From Anaerolineales bacterium (GTDB lineage Bacteria; Chloroflexota; Anaerolineae; Anaerolineales; Villigracilaceae), in contig JBHORD010000165.1 of assembly GCA_042408355.1 (NCBI GenBank), positions 5,501-69,500 on the forward strand: 64,000 nucleotides of DNA. Direction: 5' to 3'. Position 1 is the first letter of the stretch, and the number at the start of each line of letters is the position of its first letter. Under the pieces are notes generated by a model, which worked only from the letters and a program-made list of their open reading frames with translations, made no database searches and was not told the DNA's origin. The position numbers and the translations under genes are program-made. Positions 18,171-25,778 of the stretch are shown in pieces.

Positions 18171-18911
18171 ATGCAAGCACTTCAAAAGTTCATGTTGGTC
18201 CTTCTCATCCTCGCGGCACTGCTTACGGCCTGTGCGCCCGCACAAACTCAGGAACAAATCCAATCTCAAATTCAGACCTCGGTTGCGATGACCGTCCAGG
18301 CCCAAAATCAAGTCGGCACATTTGTAGCACAAACTGTCGAGGCGCAATCAAGCCAGACAACCTTGCCGACTGCGACAACCGCGCCAACAGAAACCCCTGT
18401 GGCGCCGACTCTCACGCCCGTGATTATTTCCACGCCGACCTCATTTACGACTTCATCTTCGGGCGGCGGTGGAGGCGGCAGTTCGTCAACGGCCAGTCAG
18501 CCGTATCAGTGCAGTGTGGTCGGCCAGACGCCTCAGGATAACAGCCCGGCGACGATATTGAAGACGAATGACAATGTGCAATTGGATGTTAAGTGGACAA
18601 TCATGAATGTTGGCACGAAGACCTGGGAGGCCGGTTCGCCCTGGGTCTATTATGCTACCTCCGTCGATTCGGACTCCCCCGCCGATTTCGGATTAACAAT
18701 GAGCTCGGTCGGTCTTCAAAGCGGGTTATCCGCGCCGGTCAAGCCGGGCGAAACAGTAACGCTTGGCATCCAATTGACTCCGCCATCGTCTTTTTCCAGC
18801 AAGAAGCCGATCTACATCACCACATATTGGGCGCTCGTGCTCGATGGCGTAAAGAAATATTGCCACCCATGGATCAACGTTGAAATTCTCCGGCCGGGCA
18901 TGAACCCATAG
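18171..18911 (+). CDS. Lipoprotein with T/P-rich linker, poly-Gly tract and C-terminal Nbr1_FW-like beta domain
   Basis: Lipobox LLTAC. SSSGGGGGGSSS linker. C-terminal domain CSVVGQTP...WTIMNVGTKTWEAG...TTYWALV resembles the NBR1 FW fold family. Confidence 0.7.
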   Translation: MQALQKFMLVLLILAALLTACAPAQTQEQIQSQIQTSVAMTVQAQNQVGTFVAQTVEAQSSQTTLPTATTAPTETPVAPTLTPVIISTPTSFTTSSSGGGGGGSSSTASQPYQCSVVGQTPQDNSPATILKTNDNVQLDVKWTIMNVGTKTWEAGSPWVYYATSVDSDSPADFGLTMSSVGLQSGLSAPVKPGETVTLGIQLTPPSSFSSKKPIYITTYWALVLDGVKKYCHPWINVEILRPGMNP

Positions 18912-18937
18912 CTCATCGGCATTCGGGAGATTCAAAC

Positions 18938-19636
18938 ATGAACTGGCGAATGCGCCGCGCTCGTTGGTTGTTGATCGTCACACTTTTTGTTTTGAGTTGT
19001 GATATTTCGACTCTTGCCGCGCCTGCGCCAATTCCAACAACGAATGCAAACTTGGTGAGTACGATTATCGTTCTAACAGCCGGCGCAGCCGCAACGCAGA
19101 CCGCCGCGCTGATTCCGCCCACCTTGACGCCGTCGGTCACACCGTTTCCAAGCCAGACGCCGAGCGTCACACCAACATCCACCGCCACTTATGTTTTCCT
19201 GACGCCAACGATGTTTAAGATCAAAACCCCCACTCCCATGGGGAGCGGAAGCGGAGGCGGAGGAGGTGGAGGAGGCGGGGGCGGCGGCGGAGGCGGATCG
19301 AGCGCCGGGACATGGGCCTGCAAATTGACTGCGCAAGCGCCGGTCAATGGCACTCCTTTCGGCCCTTCGGCTTCGTTTACAACAAACTGGACGGTTAAGA
19401 ACACAGGCAGTAATACGTGGCTGCGCACCTCGGTGGACGTGGTCAACACCGGCGGGACTCTTCTGGCGGCAGATGCCGCTTACGATTTGACATCCACCGT
19501 CTCGGTGAACGGCTCGATCACCATCAGTATTTCGATGACGGCTCCATCAGCGAAAGGAACCTATACATCGAATTGGTCGCTGCGAGTCGGCAAGACATTG
19601 TTCTGTCCGCTGGCAGTTACCATTTCCGTGCAATAG
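18938..19636 (+). CDS. Secreted paralog with T/P-rich linker, 20-residue Gly/Ser tract (including a 14-Gly run) and Nbr1_FW-like domain
   Basis: Signal peptide, GSGSGGGGGGGGGGGGGGSS, then CKLTAQAP...WTVKNTGSNTW...SNWSLRVG. Same architecture as the upstream gene. Confidence 0.7.
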   Translation: MNWRMRRARWLLIVTLFVLSCDISTLAAPAPIPTTNANLVSTIIVLTAGAAATQTAALIPPTLTPSVTPFPSQTPSVTPTSTATYVFLTPTMFKIKTPTPMGSGSGGGGGGGGGGGGGGGSSAGTWACKLTAQAPVNGTPFGPSASFTTNWTVKNTGSNTWLRTSVDVVNTGGTLLAADAAYDLTSTVSVNGSITISISMTAPSAKGTYTSNWSLRVGKTLFCPLAVTISVQ

Positions 19637-19654
19637 AATTTATATTGGCGCTTC

Positions 19655-19694
19655 AAAACAGGGGCGGCCAAATTATCCGCTCCTGTTTTGTTTT
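19655..19694 (+). terminator. Intrinsic terminator after the lipoprotein pair
   Basis: AAAACAGGGGCGG-loop-CCGCTCCTGTTTT followed by GTTTT. Confidence 0.6.
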
Positions 19695-19885
19695 ACGTTT
19701 TGAAAAATCAGCCCCGGCCTGCTTTTTGCTCTCGCATCACCGATTGCCTACAATGCTTGTAATTAGGCATTCTCATTGAACACGCAGTTGGCGCGGTTTT
19801 CTTCGTCAATCCGCTCCGTGAATGTGCGTACAGAATATCCCAAATCCGGATTTTGAAAAAGCCAGGATGCCTGCAAGCCATCAAC

Positions 19886-19914
19886 TTGACGTTTCTCAAC
19901 GCGCGGCATACAAT
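19886..19914 (+). promoter_or_regulatory. Sigma-70 promoter TTGACG-17-TACAAT
   Basis: Exact 17-nt spacer. Drives the cobalamin riboswitch leader. Confidence 0.55.
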
Positions 19915-19920
19915 CCGCTC

Positions 19921-20166
19921 ACAATTGAATAAGATCGGAAAGCGGCGAAGCCGGTGTAATTCCGGCGCTGTCCCGCAACTGTGAATTAGCAATGAGCGAT
20001 TAGCGATTAAGCCCAACGGCTGACAGATAAAAGCTAATAACCAACAGCTAATAAGTCAGGTCGCCCGCCTCCGGTCGGTTCACCACACTCTCGTGGAAAG
20101 GAGGTGGAGGACGGCTGACATAGCGAGCCTCTATCTCCCCAGTCAACGACTGGGGATTTTGTTTTG
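19921..20166 (+). promoter_or_regulatory. Cobalamin (B12) riboswitch with terminator expression platform
   Basis: Core GCCGGTGTAATTCCGGCGCTGTCCCGCAACTGTGA and B12-box-like AAGTCAGGTCGCCCGCC. Terminator CCCCAGTC-AAC-GACTGGGG (20137..20155) plus TTTTGTTTT. Lies upstream of a BtuF-like gene. Confidence 0.8.
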
Positions 20167-20226
20167 GACGGCGGCAACATGGTTACCGCAAATGGAACAT
20201 CAGATTAAATCTCACAGGAGAAAGAT

Positions 20227-21216
20227 ATGTTTCGCAAGATTTTAATTTTTGCTTTGTTGGCAGGATTAGTCTTCGGATGCGCGCCTGCGGTCACGCCTCA
20301 GGCCGCGCCGACGGCTGTTTTCACACAGCCGGCTCAAGTCCAGACGGAAGCGCCTGCCGCGACGGCCACATCATCTGCCATCACGCTGACAGACGGCCTC
20401 GGCCGCACCGTTACATTGTCTCATCCCGCACAGCGAATCGTTTCGCTGGCTCCGTCAAATACCGAAATTCTGTTTGCCATCGGCGCCGGCTCGCAGGTGG
20501 TCGGCCGCGACGATCTTTCGGATTATCCGGCGCAAGTAAAATCACTGCCAAGCGTCGGCGGCTCGATGGGCAATTACAGCACGGAAGCCATCGTTGCGCT
20601 CAAGCCGGATTTGGTCCTTGCCGCGGAAATCAATACGCCTGAATTGGTGAAGTCGCTTGAATCTTTGGGATTAACGGTTTATTACTTAAAGAATCCGGGC
20701 ACGCTGGAACAGATGTATGGCAATCTGCAAATCGTCGCGCAGTTGACGGGCCATGAATCGGACGCGTCCACGTTGATTGATTCGCTCAAGTCGCGCGTTG
20801 CGGCGGTGGACGCAAAACTCTCCGGCGTTACAACCAGGCCGATTGTGTTTTATGAAATTGACGCGACCGATCCGACAAAACCCTACACGTACGGTCCCGG
20901 CACATTTGGCGACGCGTTGATCGCCGAAGCGGGCGGCGAAAATTTTTCCGATGCCGCCGGCATCAAAGACGCATATCCTCAGGTGAGTCTGGAACAGATT
21001 GTGAAAACGAATCCGCAGATTATCATCCTCGGCGATTCAGCATACGGCGTGACGCCGGATTCCGTCAAAGCGCGCCCCGGCTGGAACACAATTGATGCAG
21101 TGAAGAACAACATGATCTTCCCGTTCGACGATAATCTCGTCAGCCGTCCCGGCCCGCGTCTCGTGGATGGACTGGAACAGCTGGCAAAGCTTTTGCATCC
21201 CGACTTGTTCAAATAA
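20227..21216 (+). CDS. ABC transporter substrate-binding lipoprotein, BtuF/FecB (cobalamin/siderophore) type
   Basis: Lipobox LVFGC. RIVSLAPSNTEILFAIGAG cluster-A SBP motif. B12 specificity is inferred from the riboswitch. Confidence 0.85.
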   Translation: MFRKILIFALLAGLVFGCAPAVTPQAAPTAVFTQPAQVQTEAPAATATSSAITLTDGLGRTVTLSHPAQRIVSLAPSNTEILFAIGAGSQVVGRDDLSDYPAQVKSLPSVGGSMGNYSTEAIVALKPDLVLAAEINTPELVKSLESLGLTVYYLKNPGTLEQMYGNLQIVAQLTGHESDASTLIDSLKSRVAAVDAKLSGVTTRPIVFYEIDATDPTKPYTYGPGTFGDALIAEAGGENFSDAAGIKDAYPQVSLEQIVKTNPQIIILGDSAYGVTPDSVKARPGWNTIDAVKNNMIFPFDDNLVSRPGPRLVDGLEQLAKLLHPDLFK

Positions 21217-21217
21217 C

Positions 21218-21303
21218 TGATGTTAAGCAGTTCCCCTGCAGCGCGACATTCACGCCGCCTGAAAATGCGAGAGAAATCTCGCCCTGCTGCGTACGGTGGG
21301 TGA
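21218..21303 (+). repeat. Copy D of the TGATGTT... repeat (mini-ORF MLSSSPAARHSRRLKMREKSRPAAYGG)
   Basis: Starts 1 nt after the btuF-like TAA. The ATG at 21220 is in frame, 3 nt after the stop. Aligns without gaps to copies A and B. Confidence 0.8.
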
Positions 21304-21328
21304 GCAAATAATTCACCTTACGCAGAAC

Positions 21329-21380
21329 GTCCCGAAGGTTTTCTTCTTCAATAATGTTCTTTTCAGAAAACCTTCGGGAC
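21329..21380 (+). other. Perfect 16-bp hairpin in the btuF-btuC spacer
   Basis: GTCCCGAAGGTTTTCT (21329..21344) and AGAAAACCTTCGGGAC (21365..21380) with a 20-nt loop. No T-run follows. Confidence 0.7.
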
Positions 21381-21443
21381 AAGACAAACATCTATAAATA
21401 ATCCAGGCGGGAGCGGAAGCAGCGCTCCGCCCCTGCACGTAAA

Positions 21444-22439
21444 ATGAAAATTCGCCCATATCTTTTTTCCTTGCTTGTCCTCGCTTTGGCGTTAATCTTG
21501 AGCCTCGCCATCGGTTCCGTATTTCTTTCGCCGGCACAGCTTTGGGAGGCGTTGATAGGTCAGGGCACGCGCGTTCCCGATGCTATTTTATGGGACATTC
21601 GTTTGCCGCGCACGGTCCTGGTGGCGTTGACAGGCATGGCATTAAGCGGAAGCGGCGCGGCATATCAAGGTCTGTTCCGTAACCCGCTGGCAGATCCGTT
21701 TTTGATCGGCGTCGCGTCCGGCGCGGGATTGGGCGCGGTCATCGCCATGAGCATCCAATGGCCGTATTCGTTTTGGGGATTGATGGCCGTTCCCATCGCA
21801 TCGTTCGCGGCCGGCTTGCTCACAATTTTTATCGTGTATTCGCTGGCGCGCGTGGGGAAAACCATTCCAACCACAAATCTAATCCTGGCGGGCGTAGCTT
21901 TTTCATCATTCGCAACATCCTTGACTTCATTTCTGATGATTCGCTCAACGGGCGAAGTTCGCCGCGCTTTGGGATGGTTGTTGGGCGGCGCGACGCAAGC
22001 CGGATGGCCGGCGGTAATTGCCATTCTGCCATATCTGCTGATTGGCCTCGGCATCCTGACTTTTGGCGGGCACGCGTTAAATCTGCTTCAATTTGGCGAT
22101 GAACAGGCTCAACAGCTCGGGCTCAACGTGACGCGCGCCAAAACCATTCTATTGATTGCGGCTTCGATGGCGACGGCCGCGGCGGTCGCTTTTTCCGGCA
22201 TCATTGGTTTTATCGGACTCATTGTTCCGCACGTGATGCGCTTGTGGTTCGGCGCGGATTATCGCCGTTTGATTCCGCTGTCCATCATCGGCGGCGCCTC
22301 GGCGTTGATCTTTTCAGACGTGATGGCGCGCATCGTAATCGCGCCGCAGGAAATTCCGGTTGGAATCGTGACGGCGCTGGTCGGCGCGCCGTTCTTCCTG
22401 TGGGTCTTGCGCCGCGCCAAGAATCAAGGATATTGGTGA
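21444..22439 (+). CDS. ABC transporter permease, FecCD/BtuC family
   Basis: 331 aa with about 9-10 TM segments and the typical FecCD family layout. Confidence 0.9.
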   Translation: MKIRPYLFSLLVLALALILSLAIGSVFLSPAQLWEALIGQGTRVPDAILWDIRLPRTVLVALTGMALSGSGAAYQGLFRNPLADPFLIGVASGAGLGAVIAMSIQWPYSFWGLMAVPIASFAAGLLTIFIVYSLARVGKTIPTTNLILAGVAFSSFATSLTSFLMIRSTGEVRRALGWLLGGATQAGWPAVIAILPYLLIGLGILTFGGHALNLLQFGDEQAQQLGLNVTRAKTILLIAASMATAAAVAFSGIIGFIGLIVPHVMRLWFGADYRRLIPLSIIGGASALIFSDVMARIVIAPQEIPVGIVTALVGAPFFLWVLRRAKNQGYW

Positions 22440-22460
22440 TGTTGGCCGGAGCAAACTTGC

Positions 22461-23300
22461 GTGTCTGACCCGATTGGATTCATCCGGCCAGACGCGCAGA
22501 TCGGCCTGGATGAGAAACGGAATATGTTAAAAATAGAATCTCTTTCCGTCAATTATGGTTTGCATCACGTCCTGCACGATGTCTCACTGAATGTGCACAG
22601 CGGCGAAGTGGTCGCGTTGATCGGACCGAACGGCGCGGGAAAGACCACGCTGATCCGCGCCGTCAGCGGCGTAATTTCCCCGCAAAGCGGACACATCCGC
22701 ACCAACGGCGACGATTTCCATTCACTGACGCCAATGCAGCGCGCCAAATATGTGGCGGTCGTCCCGCAGGCTGTTGCGCTTCCGCCTGCCTTTACGGTTT
22801 GGGAAACCGTATTGATGGGACGCACGCCGTATCTTGGTTTTCTGGGTCAGACTTCACCCTCCGATGAAGAGATTGCCGGCGAGGCTTTGAAACGCGTCCA
22901 TGCGCTTGAACTGGCCGAACGCCGCGTCGGTGAACTTTCAGGCGGCGAGGCTCAGCGCGTTCTACTGGCGCGCGCATTGTGCCAGTCCACGCCGATTTTA
23001 CTGCTCGATGAACCCACCGCACATTTGGATTTACAATATCAGGTCAGTTTGCTGGAATTGGTCCGCAATCTCGCCCATCACGATAAACTTGCGGTCTTGA
23101 TCGCTTTACATGACCTCAACCTCGCCGCGCGCTACGCAGACCGCGTGGCGCTGATGGTCGCCGGACGAATTCAGGCAATCGGCACGCCGCGCCAAGTCCT
23201 CACGCCGGAAGCGATCTCGCAGGCATATTGCCTGCCGGTGCGGGTCGTGGAGCATCCTTTTCTTTCGGGTCCCCTTGTGTTGCCTGAGGCGCACGAATAG
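22461..23300 (+). CDS. ABC transporter ATP-binding protein (BtuD/FepC type)
   Basis: Walker A GPNGAGKTT, signature LSGGEAQRV, Walker B LLLDEPT. The true start may be ATG 22524 (MLKIESL). Confidence 0.9.
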   Translation: MSDPIGFIRPDAQIGLDEKRNMLKIESLSVNYGLHHVLHDVSLNVHSGEVVALIGPNGAGKTTLIRAVSGVISPQSGHIRTNGDDFHSLTPMQRAKYVAVVPQAVALPPAFTVWETVLMGRTPYLGFLGQTSPSDEEIAGEALKRVHALELAERRVGELSGGEAQRVLLARALCQSTPILLLDEPTAHLDLQYQVSLLELVRNLAHHDKLAVLIALHDLNLAARYADRVALMVAGRIQAIGTPRQVLTPEAISQAYCLPVRVVEHPFLSGPLVLPEAHE

Positions 23301-23422
23301 AATTGCGGAAGCGAATTCAGGCGCGGGATTGTTCACTGCGCGGATGATCGAAATAAAAACGGCAGAGCCTGAAAAAATTTTGATGATCTGCGCCATAACA
23401 TTCCCATACCGAGGAGAATTGC

Positions 23423-23758
23423 ATGCAAGCCTTTCAACTGCTCGACATCATCAAACAGCAGTCCAGAAGCGGAAAACCGTATTTCGAATTTCTGCGCCTC
23501 CCCGATTTGAGCGTGGGCGTCTACCAATTGCTTGTCGGCGACACGGACATTCAATCGCCGCACACGGAAGACGAAGTGTATTATGTGGTCGAAGGCCGGG
23601 CGAAGATCAAGGTTGCGGATGAAGACCGCCAGGTGAAAGCAGGCTCGGTGATTTATGTGGCAAAGAATGTGCCGCATCGTTTCCATTCGATTGAAGAAGA
23701 TTTGATCGTGCTGGCATTCTTCGCTCCGGCAGAAAATTCATTGAAGGGCGGGTTGTAA
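23423..23758 (+). CDS. Cupin domain protein
   Basis: 111 aa. HTEDEVYYVVEGRAKI ... NVPHRF two-motif cupin pattern. Confidence 0.75.
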   Translation: MQAFQLLDIIKQQSRSGKPYFEFLRLPDLSVGVYQLLVGDTDIQSPHTEDEVYYVVEGRAKIKVADEDRQVKAGSVIYVAKNVPHRFHSIEEDLIVLAFFAPAENSLKGGL

Positions 23759-24955
23759 ATGTTTCAGCTCAAAACCACTCCTTTCCACGAACGAACCTCC
23801 AAACTGTGCCTGCCTCAAAATTGGCGGCGATGGGCAGGCTATCTCGCGGCGGGCTCGTATGAACTGACGCTTGACCGCGAATATTGGGCCATCCGTAACT
23901 CGGCCGCGCTGATTGACGTGACGCCGCTGATGAAATACATCCTCAAAGGAAAAGACGCGGGACGATTGTTGAATCGCGTCGTCACGCGCGACATTGACAA
24001 ATTGAAAGTCGGTCAGGTGTATTACACGGGCTGGTGCGATGACGACGGCAGGATGATTGACGATGGCACCGTCTCGCGGCTGGATGAAACCACATATCGC
24101 CTCACCTCCGCGGACCCGAACCTGCGCTGGCTTTCGATGAACGCCGCCGGCCTCGAGGTCGAGATTGCGGATGTCACCGACAGGGTGGCGGCGCTCAGTT
24201 TGCAGGGACCCCATTCAAAGTCCGTGTTGAAGCGGGTTTGTGAGACCGATGTGGACGGCCTCAAATATTTTCGTCTCATGCAAAACAAAATGGACGGAAT
24301 CCCCGTCACGATTTCGCGCACGGGATATACAGGCGATCTCGGTTATGAAATCTGGATGGATAACGAACATGCCCTGCGCGTCTGGGATTTGTTGATGGCC
24401 GCCGGCTCCGATGACGGCATTGCGCCGGTGGGTATTCTCGCCATGGATATGGCGCGCGTGGAGGCGGGATTGTTTATGATCGAAGTGGATTACACCTCCG
24501 CAAGCCACGCGTGGATCGAAGCGCAAAAGTCCTCGCCATTCGAACTGGGACTCGATTGGACAGTCGCGCTGGATAAGAAAGGTTATTTCGTCGGGCGCCG
24601 CGCCCTGGAACGCGAAAAACGCCAAGGTTCGGCGTGGAAACTGGTGGGACTCGAAATCGAGTGGAATGGAATGGAGCGGTTATTCAAGGAGGCCGGTCTG
24701 CCGCCGCAAATCCCCGGCATGGCGGTTCGGGCGAGTCTGCCCGTTTTGGCGGGAAACGCGCAGGCGGGGTACGCATCCACATCGAGCTGGTCGCCGCTGT
24801 TGAAGAAGTACATCGCCCTCGCACATTTGCGAAAACCTTATTATGAAATCGGCGCGGAGGTGCGCATGGAAATCACGGTGGAACATCATCGCCAGTACGC
24901 ACCGGCGCGCGTCGTCAAATTGCCCTTTTATGAGCCGCCGTGGAAAAAAGAATAG
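23759..24955 (+). CDS. Aminomethyltransferase (GcvT-fold) family protein
   Basis: 398 aa with GcvT-like folate-binding layout (ALIDVTPLMKY, SRTGYTGDLGYE). Confidence 0.8.
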   Translation: MFQLKTTPFHERTSKLCLPQNWRRWAGYLAAGSYELTLDREYWAIRNSAALIDVTPLMKYILKGKDAGRLLNRVVTRDIDKLKVGQVYYTGWCDDDGRMIDDGTVSRLDETTYRLTSADPNLRWLSMNAAGLEVEIADVTDRVAALSLQGPHSKSVLKRVCETDVDGLKYFRLMQNKMDGIPVTISRTGYTGDLGYEIWMDNEHALRVWDLLMAAGSDDGIAPVGILAMDMARVEAGLFMIEVDYTSASHAWIEAQKSSPFELGLDWTVALDKKGYFVGRRALEREKRQGSAWKLVGLEIEWNGMERLFKEAGLPPQIPGMAVRASLPVLAGNAQAGYASTSSWSPLLKKYIALAHLRKPYYEIGAEVRMEITVEHHRQYAPARVVKLPFYEPPWKKE

Positions 24956-24967
24956 CGGCGAAGCTTT

Positions 24968-25669
24968 TTATGCGGACGTTTTTTCGAGATAGAAAACGTT
25001 GAGGAAACACCAGTTGGGATAACCCAGCAATCGGTTGTAAATCTTGTGCAGCCAGATCACGTTGGACGGCATGATGACCGTGAAAATCGAAATGACGGGG
25101 AATGTTGGGAAAACGCCCAGCCGTTTTGTGATTCGAAAATGTTTTTGAAACATCTGCACATATTCGCCTGCAGGCCGGTCGCCGGGATGACGGTCAATGC
25201 TCGAAGTGCGGACCAGCTTGCCGGTGAAAAAAAATGAAATGCGCGAAGCGAGATGTGCGAGATTCGGCACGCTGATCAAGGCGCGCCCGCCGGGCTTCAA
25301 CATACGGGCAAACTCGGCAATCGCTTTTTCCTGATCCGAAAAAATCAAATGCTCGATCACATCGGTGCAGATAATGACGTCCACGGAATGATCCGGGATT
25401 CCGGATTGTAAAAAATTGCGTTGAATAATTACCTCGGATGAATAATTCAAGTCCATTCCGGTGATTTGATAACCGGCCTGGCGATATTCATTGACCAGCA
25501 CGCCCTCGCCACAGCCCATATCGTAAATGACCTGATCCTTCGAGCACGAATCTAAAAACCGACGCGCCAGCTTCATCTTCTCCAAATAGACCGGCAGATA
25601 CGGCCAGTCTTTTTCGGGATGGATGTGATAGTCGCCGCGGTGGGCGTATTCACCAAATCGTTTTTTCAT
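24968..25669 (-). CDS. Class I SAM-dependent methyltransferase
   Basis: Motif I DMGCGEG and post-I/II motifs (DVIICTDVIEHL, LKPGG). Confidence 0.85.
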   Translation of the reverse strand: MKKRFGEYAHRGDYHIHPEKDWPYLPVYLEKMKLARRFLDSCSKDQVIYDMGCGEGVLVNEYRQAGYQITGMDLNYSSEVIIQRNFLQSGIPDHSVDVIICTDVIEHLIFSDQEKAIAEFARMLKPGGRALISVPNLAHLASRISFFFTGKLVRTSSIDRHPGDRPAGEYVQMFQKHFRITKRLGVFPTFPVISIFTVIMPSNVIWLHKIYNRLLGYPNWCFLNVFYLEKTSA

Positions 25670-25778
25670 TTCAGTTTTTTGTAATCCCTTGCATAATTAA
25701 TCTAAATGAATTCCTCATCCGCCAATCGCCGCAACCTTTTGAGGGCTCCCGCAGGCCGACTTAAATTGCGGGTCCAGG

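Noticed and set aside
16767-18347. 526-aa ORF on the minus strand covering all of kamA
   Set aside because: It is fully antisense to a strongly recognisable radical-SAM gene. Its translation is R/A/D/L-rich low-information sequence, typical of shadow ORFs in GC-rich coding DNA.
19189-19449. ORF encoding a 15-residue poly-Pro run
   Set aside because: It is simply the reverse complement of the GGN repeat encoding the poly-Gly linker of the 18938..19636 gene.
19780-19850. Possible additional degenerate copy of the 79-nt repeat (TGAACACGCAGTT...GTGCGTACAG)
   Set aside because: Only the short end motifs match and the conserved CTGAAAATRCGAGA core is absent. This cannot be distinguished from chance by eye.
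21218-21303. Repeat copies considered as integron attC sites (they sit right after stop codons)
   Set aside because: The flanking genes are core housekeeping genes in normal operon contexts. There is no integrase, and the ends do not match the RYYYAAC/GTTRRRY core sites.
23301-23422. GCCTGAAAAA and CTGCGCCATAACAT strings resembling parts of the repeat, after the ABC ATPase gene
   Set aside because: The pieces are in the wrong order and orientation relative to the consensus, and there is no TGATGTT start.
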